Shown: one piece after another, positions 19,227 to 28,104 of the stretch
Numbering within the stretch: position 1 is the first letter of the stretch
Layout: each line of letters starts with the position of its first letter
Assembly (NCBI GenBank): GCA_963793425.1
Contig: CAWCAG010000009.1
Location: 1,007,037 to 1,071,036, forward strand
Direction: 5' to 3'
DNA from: an uncultured cyanobacterium
Lineage (GTDB): Bacteria > Cyanobacteriota > Cyanobacteriia > Cyanobacteriales > CAWCAG01
Length of the DNA stretch: 64,000 nucleotides
Notes under the pieces: model-generated
Told to the model about the DNA's origin: nothing
What the model saw: only the letters and a program-made list of their open reading frames with translations
The model's database searches: none
Made by a program: the position numbers and the translations under genes

Positions 19227-19562
19227 TTACGCAAAAGACATAGAAATAGAGGGTGACTTTAATTGAGCAATAAGATGGCCAGAAAGTAATTCATGCTTAA
19301 TCTGGTAAACAGTTTTACCTGTATCATAGGCAACTTGTTTGAGTCTGAGCCAAACTAAAATAGCGCAGTTAATGTGGTTTCTTTGAATCCTTGCTTGGCG
19401 ACACTGACAAGATTCAATACCTGTGAGTTGCTTCACTTCTCGATGAAACTCCTCAATCTTCCAACGGATGCCGCACTCGAAAAGCACCGCATCAGTGGAG
19501 TTTTGAGCTATGTTGTTAGTCACCACATAGTCCGTCCTATTGGTAGAAATAGGTACTCGCAT
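19227..19562 (-). mobile_element. IS4/IS701-like DDE transposase C-terminal remnant
   Basis: Only the 111 C-terminal residues are present. They include the IS4-type block RWKIEEFHREVKQLTG (Y-x2-R-x3-E-like region). The N-terminal two thirds are missing and no inverted repeats were identified. Confidence 0.65.
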
Positions 19563-19677
19563 GGGGTTTCAGGCAAATAAAAGTATAAATTGTTTAGTGC
19601 TTACTTTTTAGTATTGTTTTATACTTTTGCTTTGACAACAAGGTGATATAAAATGTAGCTAAAGTAATTTTAACAAT

Positions 19678-19792
19678 AGCTTCTAGGGTTCCGATTTTCG
19701 AGAAAGTCTCTCTTAAATGCCTGGTCCAAGAGAAGCAGGTTATTAACTAAATATAGTTAGTAATCCCACGGAGGGAGAAAAGCCCGGGAGAT
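19678..19792 (+). promoter_or_regulatory. Guanidine-I riboswitch aptamer (ykkC-yxkD class)
   Basis: The conserved blocks appear in the correct order: CTAGGGTTCCG (19683-), CTGGTCCAAGAG (consensus GGUCCGAGAG, one difference), and CCACGGAGGGAGAAAAGCCCGGGAGA (ending ~19791). The consensus is recalled from memory. Confidence 0.8.
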
Positions 19793-19842
19793 TTGGCGAA
19801 AGTAGAAAATCGTCAACTCTGGGGCTTTTTCCCATTTTTATT
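19774..19842 (+). terminator. Riboswitch expression platform: intrinsic terminator overlapping the aptamer 3' end
   Basis: GGGGCTTTTTCCC (19821-19833) can pair with GGGAGAAAAGCCC of the aptamer 3' block and is followed by ATTTTTATT. This fits a ligand-induced anti-termination (ON) switch. Confidence 0.6.
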
Positions 19843-19872
19843 AACAACATCTAGGGTTATTTGAGTAAATTA

Positions 19873-21045
19873 ATGAGTGAACAGTTACCGTTTGAACCGC
19901 CTAATAGTGAAGCCCAAAGGGCGTTAAACAAAGAACAACAGATTCCCTTAACAGGTTGGCAACAAGAAGTTGATCAGGGCTTGGAATATGGCTTAGAAGC
20001 CGCAGAGAGTATCCGCGATCGCACCATTCCCACCTTTTCGCGGGGAGAACTACCCCATTATGCCGGAATTAACACTTTCCTCAAAGCCCCTTATTTAGAA
20101 GATATACGCAAAGTGGGAGAATATGATGTAGCTATTATCGGTGTTCCCCACGACTCTGGAACCACCTACCGTCCCGGTACTCGCTTCGGCCCCCAAGGTA
20201 TCCGCCGCATCAGCGCCCTCTACACTACCTACAACTTCGAGTTGGGGGTTGATTTGCGGGAACAAATTACCCTTTGCGATGTAGGGGATATTTTCACCAT
20301 CCCCGCCAACAACGAAAAGTCTTTTGACCAAATCAGCAAAGGGGTTGCCCATGTTTTCAACTCCGGTGCTTTTCCGATCATTTTAGGGGGGGATCATTCG
20401 ATTGGTTTCCCTACAGTTAGGGCAGTTTGCCGTCATTTAGGAGATAAAAAAGTGGGTATCATCCACTTTGATCGTCATGCTGACACCCAAGAAACGGATC
20501 TTGATGAACGGATGCACACCTGTCCTTGGTTTCATGCCACTAATATGGAAAATGCACCTGCTAAAAATCTTGTACAAATGGGCATCGGTGGTTGGCAAGT
20601 TCCTCGCCAAGGGGTTAAAGTTTGCCGGGAAAGGACGACAAACATTCTCACGGTAACAGACATTACCGAAATGGGCTTAGATGCAGCAGCAGACTGGGCT
20701 ATAGAAAGGGCAACAGACGGAACTGATTGCGTTTGGATTAGCTTTGATATTGATTGCATTGATGCAGGCTTTGTTCCTGGTACAGGCTGGCCTGAACCAG
20801 GGGGCTTGCTACCTCGCGAAGTCTTGCATTTACTAAAAAGAATTGTGCAAAATACCACAGTCTGCGGTTTAGAAGTGGTAGAAGTTTCTCCTCCCTACGA
20901 TGTTAGTGATATGACTGCATTGATGGCAACCCGCGTTATCTGCGACACCATGGCTCATTTAGTAATATCAGGACAATTACCCCGTATAGAAAAGCCTGCT
21001 TACATTCATCCAGCCTCAGAACCTAAAATGGTTCAGTGGGAGTAG
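19873..21045 (+). CDS. Arginase/ureohydrolase-family hydrolase (agmatinase-like; candidate guanidine hydrolase)
   Basis: Metal-binding blocks HFDRHADT, GGDHSIGFP and SFDIDCIDAGFVPGTG. It lies directly downstream of the guanidine riboswitch. The likely start is ATG 19873; the tracked ORF begins at TTG 19861. Confidence 0.85.
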   Translation: MSEQLPFEPPNSEAQRALNKEQQIPLTGWQQEVDQGLEYGLEAAESIRDRTIPTFSRGELPHYAGINTFLKAPYLEDIRKVGEYDVAIIGVPHDSGTTYRPGTRFGPQGIRRISALYTTYNFELGVDLREQITLCDVGDIFTIPANNEKSFDQISKGVAHVFNSGAFPIILGGDHSIGFPTVRAVCRHLGDKKVGIIHFDRHADTQETDLDERMHTCPWFHATNMENAPAKNLVQMGIGGWQVPRQGVKVCRERTTNILTVTDITEMGLDAAADWAIERATDGTDCVWISFDIDCIDAGFVPGTGWPEPGGLLPREVLHLLKRIVQNTTVCGLEVVEVSPPYDVSDMTALMATRVICDTMAHLVISGQLPRIEKPAYIHPASEPKMVQWE

Positions 21046-21058
21046 GTAATGGGTAATG

Positions 21059-21459
21059 GAATATTTTGTTGATTCTGGTTATAAAACCCAAGCTTTGGAT
21101 ACTATTATCGAAGCTGAACTAATTCAGTTTGAATTGCGGCGAAGAATGCCTTTAAGCAAGAGAGTTTCCTTTCTCCTTACCATCTTTTGTTAGTCAACCA
21201 GGCTATTAACTGTAGAGTGATTTATCCTAATGATAGTCGGGATCTTTATTTTTCAATTTGTTCTGCTGAAGATATAGTATTGCAAAAATTGATTTGGTAT
21301 ACAATTGCTGGCAATAAATCTTATAAACTAATGACGGGATATTTTAGGGGTGTTAAAACTTCAGGGAGAACAACTAGATTTTGATTATCTTTAGCGGTGG
21401 GGAGATAGATTAAAACTATTAAAGGAATTAAATAGAGGGTTTACTGAAGCAGGATTATA
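21059..21459 (+). pseudogene. Decayed gene of unknown family (fragments in several frames)
   Basis: Tracked ORF 21187..21384 reads ...SAEDIVLQKLIWYTIAGNKS... The downstream out-of-frame continuation reads LDFDYL*RWGDRLKLLKELNRGFTEAGL*. Stops and frameshifts interrupt what looks like one former gene. Confidence 0.35.
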
Positions 21460-21501
21460 AAGAGCTAAAAGTTATGATAAATGTTCAATGTTGAATGATA
21501 A

Positions 21502-22362
21502 ATGAAATTACTGCCACCATTTTTACTACTAGATAGATTATTACAAGAATGGTTATTAGAGGATATTGGTAGAGGCGATCGCACTACCCAAAGTTTAATT
21601 GCTAGTTCTCAAACTGTTAAAGCCCAATGGATTGCTAAAGAAGCTGGAGTGATTGCCGGGTTGCCCGTGGCAGCCAGGGTTTTTCAATTACTTAACAACA
21701 AGGTAAACTTTACTGCTACAGTGGCAGAGGGTGAGTATTGCGATTTATCTAGCCAAGATAAACCAGTTATTGCTACCATTGAGGGGCCTTTTGATGCACT
21801 TTTAATGGGAGAAAGAGTTGCTATAAATTTAGCGATGCGATTAAGCGGTATTGCAACCATGACTCAGAAATATGTAGCTGAAATTGCTGATTTACCAACT
21901 CAATTTGTTGATACTCGCAAGACAACACCAGGATTAAGATTGCTAGAAAAGTATGCTACTCAGGTAGGGGGTGGTGTTAACCAACGTTTAGGGTTAGATG
22001 ATAGTGTCATTATTAAAGACAATCATATTGCTGTGGCAGGGGGAGTTGGTAAGGCAATAACTCAAGTTCGTTCTCATCTTCCTTATCCTCTTACTATTGA
22101 AGTTGAAACAGAGAATTTGGAGCAGGTGAAAGAAGTTTTAGAATATGAAATAGAGGCAATCATGTTAGATAATATGCCTGTGGAGATGATGAAACAAGCA
22201 GTGGCAATAATCAGAGATAAAAGCCCAAGAATTAAAATAGAAGCATCCGGTAACGTGACCCTAAAAACTATCCGCACCATAGCAAAAACGGGAATAGATT
22301 ATATTTCTAGTAGTGCGCCCATTACTCGTTCAACTTGGTTAGATTTGAGTATGAGAATGTAA
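21502..22362 (+). CDS. nadC: Nicotinate-nucleotide pyrophosphorylase (quinolinate phosphoribosyltransferase)
   Basis: 286 aa with typical NadC blocks (DIGRGDRTT, VDTRKTTPGLR, IMLDNM). Confidence 0.9.
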   Translation: MKLLPPFLLLDRLLQEWLLEDIGRGDRTTQSLIASSQTVKAQWIAKEAGVIAGLPVAARVFQLLNNKVNFTATVAEGEYCDLSSQDKPVIATIEGPFDALLMGERVAINLAMRLSGIATMTQKYVAEIADLPTQFVDTRKTTPGLRLLEKYATQVGGGVNQRLGLDDSVIIKDNHIAVAGGVGKAITQVRSHLPYPLTIEVETENLEQVKEVLEYEIEAIMLDNMPVEMMKQAVAIIRDKSPRIKIEASGNVTLKTIRTIAKTGIDYISSSAPITRSTWLDLSMRM

Positions 22363-22472
22363 TCATTTGCTAATGGCTAATCCAATTGAAATGTTTAATG
22401 TTTAATGTTTAATGTAGCCTACGGCAACGCATAGTCTAACGACAACGTTTACACGAACGCGAAGCGCCAACA

Positions 22473-23477
22473 ATGATCAATGAAAAGAGAAATCTTTATT
22501 TTCTTCTGCCTGGAACAACTAAAAAATTTGGTGGCGGTGGGCTTTGGGCAGAGATGAAAACCATCAACTTAGCTAGGCAAATTTGTCAGGTACAAATTGT
22601 TACTTATCGGCAACGAGAAGATGATTACCCTTTTTTAACCGATGTTCTTGAAAAACCTAATTTAGAAGATAGTATTTTTGTGATTAGTTGGGGTTTTGAT
22701 GTTCCTAATTTAGTAGCTAAACTTAAAAATTACAAGGTAGTTTATCATGCCCATAGCGCCAATTATGGGTTCAATTTACCTGCTAATGTTCCCATCATTA
22801 CCGTAAGCCGCAATACTATGGGTTATTGGGGACAAAAATCTCCTAATAGTTTAATTTACTATTTACCTAATCAAATTGGAGATGAGTTTTCTAACCTCAA
22901 CAAACCGAGAGATATTGATATTTTAGTACAAGTTCGTAAGTCTTCTGAGTATTTATTAACCCAGCTAGTTCCTGCTTTGCAATCCCGTTGCCATGTTCAC
23001 CTTCTTGAAGGATTTGTAGAAGATTTAGCAGGATTATTTAATCGTAGTAAAGTTTATATTTATGACTCCGCAGAATATTGGGCAACAAACGGAGTGACAG
23101 AGGGTTTTGGTTTGCCCCCATTAGAAGCCCTTGCTTGTGGTTGTCAGGTATTTTCTAGTGTGAATAGTGCTTTAGCGGATTATCTTGATCCCGGCTTTAA
23201 TTGCCACAAAATTGCTGGTTATTCTTTGGAATATGATCTGCAACGCATTCTTGCTGTAATTAATTCCCTTCAACCCCAAGAATTACCAGAATCCTTTTGG
23301 TCTACATATCGTCGTGAAACTCTATTACAAAGGTTAGAAGTGATCCTCACAGAAATAAATCACTTTTTTGATCATAATCAAACTAAGCAAACAAAAATTC
23401 AAGGGCTAAGTAAGAGGCGTTTGCAAAAGTTGTGGTTACAACAAAAATTGGCTAAGTTACGTAAAAAGCTTAATTAG
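22473..23477 (+). CDS. Glycosyltransferase, GT-B fold (GT4-like)
   Basis: C-terminal donor-binding block EGFGLPPLEALACGCQVF. 334 aa. Confidence 0.7.
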   Translation: MINEKRNLYFLLPGTTKKFGGGGLWAEMKTINLARQICQVQIVTYRQREDDYPFLTDVLEKPNLEDSIFVISWGFDVPNLVAKLKNYKVVYHAHSANYGFNLPANVPIITVSRNTMGYWGQKSPNSLIYYLPNQIGDEFSNLNKPRDIDILVQVRKSSEYLLTQLVPALQSRCHVHLLEGFVEDLAGLFNRSKVYIYDSAEYWATNGVTEGFGLPPLEALACGCQVFSSVNSALADYLDPGFNCHKIAGYSLEYDLQRILAVINSLQPQELPESFWSTYRRETLLQRLEVILTEINHFFDHNQTKQTKIQGLSKRRLQKLWLQQKLAKLRKKLN

Positions 23478-23479
23478 TT

Positions 23480-23683
23480 TTAAATATCCTTTTGCTTAGG
23501 CTTAAAACGCCAATAATAAACTACATAAGCCAACGCTAAAAGTTGTACGGGAACAATAGTGAGATAGTTCCTGATAATAGGATTGATTTCTAAGCTAGAG
23601 AAGGTTAAAAAATAGCCCATACCTAGCAAAGCAAAAAAGAATAGTAATAGTTTCCCATTCCTATTAAAACTATTACTATTCAA
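23480..23683 (-). CDS. Small membrane protein (67 aa), translationally coupled to the upstream permease
   Basis: Two hydrophobic helices. Its start overlaps the stop of 23680..24462 by 4 nt. Confidence 0.45.
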   Translation of the reverse strand: MNSNSFNRNGKLLLFFFALLGMGYFLTFSSLEINPIIRNYLTIVPVQLLALAYVVYYWRFKPKQKDI

Positions 23684-24462
23684 CTAGAAGCGCTTGTATA
23701 GAAACGCAAAGCAAATCCCCAAAAAAGCTTAGAAACTGTCAATAAAATCAACGCCAAAATCCCAGCTCCCAAAAACCAAATTATTTCCCCTTTTCCTAAC
23801 ATAGCTTGGGCAGGAACAGTAGTTAAGAAAGCGACAGGAACCACAAAAGTAAAGAAGAGGCGATATATAGCAGGATAGGCTACTAAGGGATAACGTCCTG
23901 CTTCTAAGAAACCGCGCAATACTTCTGTTACATTATAAATTTTTACAAACCAAACACTAGTCGTTCCTAGCATAAACCAAAGACTATAAAGAATCATCAA
24001 GCCAAAAAGTAAAGGCACTAAACTCAATAAATAATCACCCCAAGATAAACCTAAACGTATCCCTGCATAAATAATAATTGCCCAACCAAACAATAAATCT
24101 GGTATGCCCCAAGGAGAAACCATTCTGGTTGAAAGCCAAAATTGACTGCTAATTGGCTTAAGGAGAATAAAGTCTAAAGTACCTTTTTCAACTTGCTTGA
24201 CAATACGGTTAAGATTAGGTACTAAAAACGTGGTTGAAAAACCTTGTAAAATAGTAAAAACGCCCAAGACAATTAGGGACTCTTCCCAACTCCAACCTTC
24301 AAATTCATAACCAGTACGATAAAACAGAAAAAGACTAAATAAGTTCCCCGCCAAACTACCTAAACTACTCAAAGCAGCAATCAAGAAATTGAGCCGATAT
24401 TCTAACTCTGCTGCGGTCGCAGTTGCCCAAAACAACATCAGTACTTTAATATACCTGCCCAT
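23680..24462 (-). CDS. ABC-2-type transporter permease (uncharacterised exporter family)
   Basis: 260 aa with six predicted helices. The N-terminal ELEYRLNF block is typical of ABC-2 permeases. No ATPase gene is adjacent. Confidence 0.6.
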   Translation of the reverse strand: MGRYIKVLMLFWATATAAELEYRLNFLIAALSSLGSLAGNLFSLFLFYRTGYEFEGWSWEESLIVLGVFTILQGFSTTFLVPNLNRIVKQVEKGTLDFILLKPISSQFWLSTRMVSPWGIPDLLFGWAIIIYAGIRLGLSWGDYLLSLVPLLFGLMILYSLWFMLGTTSVWFVKIYNVTEVLRGFLEAGRYPLVAYPAIYRLFFTFVVPVAFLTTVPAQAMLGKGEIIWFLGAGILALILLTVSKLFWGFALRFYTSASS

Positions 24463-24631
24463 TTACCACCCCAACCATAGACTCGTATCTTAATTTTCAC
24501 TATTTTCAGCGCAATTGTGTACCCGGTGCTGATATAAGATGGGACTATATGGAAACAAAATTAAACTCATAGAGAAACTATATCTGTTTTCTCTCAAGTT
24601 TCGAGCAAAATTGTTAGGAGGAATAAATTTG

Positions 24632-25066
24632 ATGAAAAAATTGTTTAGTTTGCTAGCTGCACTCATTCTTACAGTTAGCTCTTTTTGCCTATCAACTCAA
24701 CAACCAGCCCAAGCCGTTGATTTAAGCGCTTTAACCCTGCAATCATCTTCGATTTTAGCAATGGATCTAGACATCGAGCGTCGCAATCCTGCGGATGCCA
24801 AACTAGATAGTGATTATGGTCAAAAAATTGACCTAAACAATGCTAATGTACGTTCTTTTCGCGATTTAAGGGGATTTTATCCTACTTTAGCTGCCAAAAT
24901 CGCTCGCAATAGTCCCTATGATAAAGTAGAAGATGTTCTCAATATCCCTGGATTAAGTGAACGTTTAAAATCTCGTCTCCAAGCGAATTTAGATAAGTTC
25001 ACTGTAACTAAGCCTTCTGATGCTTTTAATCAAGAAGCAAATCGCTTTAATAATGGGGAATATTAA
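24632..25066 (+). CDS. psbU: Photosystem II 12 kDa extrinsic protein PsbU
   Basis: Signal peptide MKKLFSLLAALILT..., then DLNNANVRSFRDLRGFYPTLAAKIARNSPYDKVEDVLNIPGL. ATG at 24632 is preceded by AGGAGG; the tracked ORF starts further upstream. Confidence 0.9.
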   Translation: MKKLFSLLAALILTVSSFCLSTQQPAQAVDLSALTLQSSSILAMDLDIERRNPADAKLDSDYGQKIDLNNANVRSFRDLRGFYPTLAAKIARNSPYDKVEDVLNIPGLSERLKSRLQANLDKFTVTKPSDAFNQEANRFNNGEY

Positions 25067-25145
25067 TCTTAAAGTTTAATTACCACAAATGTAATGAACT
25101 ATTACAAAAATCTTTGGTGCTACTAAATTAATTAGCATTCAACAC

Positions 25146-25181
25146 TAACCCATCCCCATATGAGGATGGGTTATTTAGTTT
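25146..25181 (+). terminator. Intrinsic terminator after psbU
   Basis: Stem TAACCCATCC / GGATGGGTTA with an 8-nt loop, followed by TTTAGTTT. Confidence 0.6.
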
Positions 25182-25208
25182 AATTGAAGTGTAATTGTAA
25201 TACAATAA

Positions 25209-25562
<354 letters not shown>

Positions 25563-25695
25563 TTCATCGAGAAAAGTGATTATGTAACCACATTATGAGA
25601 ATAAGTTTTCAAAGTTTATTATTCGCCCAACTCCTTGCCCAGAAAGGGTTTTCTTCTAACTATTGATAGATATAAGGAAAAAAAAGTACTATTTA

Positions 25696-25724
25696 CTTTA
25701 CAAACAGTAACAAAGTTGTTAGTA
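25696..25724 (+). promoter_or_regulatory. Candidate sigma70-type psbA promoter
   Basis: TTTACA (25696-25701), a 17-nt spacer, then TAGTAT (25719-25724), about 100 nt upstream of the psbA ATG. Confidence 0.4.
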
Positions 25725-25823
25725 TTAGTTCATAAGCAAGTTAAACAAACTTAAAAGTCTAAACAACTGGAAAGTTAAATAAACTTCGCTTACATACATT
25801 TTTTTACGCAATTATACTGAACC

Positions 25824-26906
25824 ATGACAACTACATTACAACGTAGCCAAAGCGCAAGCTCTTGGGAACGGTTTTGCAGTTGGATCACCAGCACCGAAAA
25901 CCGCCTCTATGTAGGTTGGTTTGGAGTCTTAATGATCCCAACTCTGTTAGCCGCCACCACTTGCTTTTTAATCGCCTTCGTCGCAGCACCTCCTGTAGAC
26001 ATAGACGGAATCCGCGAACCAGTAGCAGGTTCATTACTTTATGGAAACAACATCATCTCTGGTGCAGTTGTTCCATCATCTAATGCCATCGGCTTACACT
26101 TCTACCCAATTTGGGAAGCAGCTTCTCTTGATGAGTGGTTGTATAACGGTGGTCCTTACCAGCTAGTGATTTTCCACTTCCTCATTGGCATATTTGCTTA
26201 CATGGGAAGAGAGTGGGAACTATCCTACCGCTTAGGAATGCGTCCTTGGATCTGTGTAGCTTACTCTGCTCCAGTAGCAGCAGCAAGTGCAGTATTCCTA
26301 ATCTACCCATTAGGACAAGGAAGCTTCTCAGATGGAATGCCTTTAGGTATATCCGGAACCTTCAACTTCATGTTTGTCTTCCAAGCAGAACACAACATCT
26401 TAATGCACCCCTTCCACATGTTGGGAGTAGCGGGTGTATTTGGTGGAGCATTATTCAGTGCCATGCACGGAAGCTTGGTCACCTCTAGCTTAGTAAGAGA
26501 AACCACCGAAACCGAATCACAGAACTACGGTTACAAATTCGGACAAGAAGAAGAAACCTACAACATTGTTGCAGCACACGGTTATTTTGGTCGTCTAATC
26601 TTCCAATATGCCTCCTTCAACAACAGTCGTAGCCTTCACTTTTTCTTAGGAGCATGGCCAGTAGTAGGAATCTGGTTCACCGCATTAGGAATCTCGACAA
26701 TGGCGTTTAACCTCAACGGATTCAACTTCAACCAGTCGATACTAGATTCACAAGGTCATGTAGTCAACACCTGGGCTGATGTATTAAACCGCGCTAACTT
26801 AGGCTTTGAAGTAATGCACGAGCGCAATGCTCACAACTTCCCCTTAGATTTAGCAGCAGGCGAGTCTACACCAGTAGCACTAACTGCCCCAGCTATCAAC
26901 GGTTAA
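25824..26906 (+). CDS. psbA: Photosystem II reaction-centre protein D1
   Basis: The 360-aa translation is unmistakably D1 (MTTTLQRS...[26 protein letters not shown]...[13 protein letters not shown]), including the C-terminal extension. Confidence 0.99.
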   Translation: MTTTLQRSQSASSWERFCSWITSTENRLYVGWFGVLMIPTLLAATTCFLIAFVAAPPVDIDGIREPVAGSLLYGNNIISGAVVPSSNAIGLHFYPIWEAASLDEWLYNGGPYQLVIFHFLIGIFAYMGREWELSYRLGMRPWICVAYSAPVAAASAVFLIYPLGQGSFSDGMPLGISGTFNFMFVFQAEHNILMHPFHMLGVAGVFGGALFSAMHGSLVTSSLVRETTETESQNYGYKFGQEEETYNIVAAHGYFGRLIFQYASFNNSRSLHFFLGAWPVVGIWFTALGISTMAFNLNGFNFNQSILDSQGHVVNTWADVLNRANLGFEVMHERNAHNFPLDLAAGESTPVALTAPAING

Positions 26907-26946
26907 GTTGCAATGCTTACAATTAAATAATACCTAAATAACAAAA

Positions 26947-26977
26947 AGCGTCCTCCCAATACGGAGGGCGCTTTTTT
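26947..26977 (+). terminator. Intrinsic terminator after psbA
   Basis: Stem AGCGTCCTCC / GGAGGGCGCT (one G-U pair) with loop CAATAC, followed by a T6 run. Confidence 0.8.
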
Positions 26978-27153
26978 GCTTGTTTTTAACTTTTATTTCT
27001 TAAGACGTAGCAATTACCAGAAACAAAGTTGAATATTGCCACAAGTGGTATCTTTTTAACTCTTTTACTCTTGTTCAAGACAGAAGTTCCAATAGGAATT
27101 TTCTGACACAATTTAAAGGGTATTAAGCTATAAAACAGACATTCAAGCTACTC

Positions 27154-27699
27154 ATGAAAACTAAAACATTACTTAAATTTATTCCAGCCACATTAGCTTG
27201 TTGCCTTGTCTTATCACCTCAAACTCTCAAAGCTCAACCCCAAATAGAAATTCCTGCACCACTTCCAGACTCTTCTATTCCAGGAGAATCAGCTTATGCT
27301 CAGTATATGAGATTAGGCTACGCCGCTTCTCAAAGAGGTGACTTCACAGTTGCTGCTAGTTATTTTCGTAGCGCCCTTTACGAACGCCCTCAAGACAGAG
27401 AAGCAACCATTGCTTATTGGAACGCTAAAGATGCTCTGCAAGAGACTCCGAATGAGGGTGAAACTGCCTATGATCGCTACATGGAAATTGCTTATGATGC
27501 AACGGAACAAGAAGATTATCAAACTGCTTTAATTAACTTTCAAAGAGCTTTAGAAGAAAGACCAGGAGATTACTACGCTACTCAAGCGATTCGGAATGTT
27601 AAAACTTACATTGAGCGTGGTCAAGACCCTTCTCTCCAGGAGGTGTTGTTTCTGAACCCACAGTTTATCCAGGAGAGTTACCTTACGACCGCTATATGA
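27154..27699 (+). CDS. Secreted TPR-like repeat protein, first part of a probably frameshifted gene
   Basis: Signal peptide, then two ~55-aa modules (YAQYMRLGYAASQRGDF...; YDRYMEIAYDATEQEDYQTALINFQRALEERPGDYYATQAIRNVKTYIERG). Confidence 0.6.
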   Translation: MKTKTLLKFIPATLACCLVLSPQTLKAQPQIEIPAPLPDSSIPGESAYAQYMRLGYAASQRGDFTVAASYFRSALYERPQDREATIAYWNAKDALQETPNEGETAYDRYMEIAYDATEQEDYQTALINFQRALEERPGDYYATQAIRNVKTYIERGQDPSLQEVLFLNPQFIQESYLTTAI

Positions 27700-28028
27700 G
27701 ACTGGGGTATGCAGCTGAACAGAGGGAAGATTATCAAGCTGCTATTAGACATTTCCGCAGTGCTTTATACGAACGTCCTAAAGACCGGCAGGCAACTACT
27801 GCTTACTGGAATGCAAAAGATGCTTTTAAAAACAAGGGTAGTAATAGTACAGAAGTAGAAAGTGATTATGACCGTTATATGCGTATTGGTTATGATGCAA
27901 CAGAACGAGGAAACTATCAAACCGCGTTGATTAATTTCCGAAGAGCGTTAGAAGTGCGGCCAGGAGATACCTATGCAGCCCAAGCTATTCGTAATGTCAC
28001 AACTTATATTAATCGTGGCGATGGCTAA
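27696..28028 (+). CDS. TPR-like repeat protein, second part (same module pair repeated)
   Basis: YMRLGYAAEQREDYQAAIRHFRSALYERPKDRQATTAYWNAKDA... and YDRYMRIGYDATERGNYQTALINFRRALEVRPGDTYAAQAIRNVTTYINRG. Its frame is open upstream to 27615 and there encodes module-like sequence (PGELPYDRY). Confidence 0.55.
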   Translation: MRLGYAAEQREDYQAAIRHFRSALYERPKDRQATTAYWNAKDAFKNKGSNSTEVESDYDRYMRIGYDATERGNYQTALINFRRALEVRPGDTYAAQAIRNVTTYINRGDG

Positions 28029-28104
28029 CTGGCTAATTAAGTCTGTTTCCCTTTCTCCTCATCACTGTATCTCCAACGAAACAAAGAAAAAAAGAAAAAC
28101 GGCA

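Noticed and set aside
19631-19665. TTGACA (19632-37) as the -35 box of the riboswitch promoter
   Set aside because: No acceptable -10 hexamer lies at 16-18 nt spacing, so no promoter is called.
19851-19860. Second CTAGGGTT string just before the hydrolase start, possibly a second riboswitch
   Set aside because: None of the other conserved ykkC blocks follow it, so it is judged a chance match.
25862-26506. Three tracked ORFs (25862-26083, 26213-26488, 26303-26506) overlapping psbA
   Set aside because: They lie entirely within the highly conserved D1 coding sequence in other frames or on the other strand. They are low-complexity, arginine/serine-rich translations typical of off-frame artefacts.
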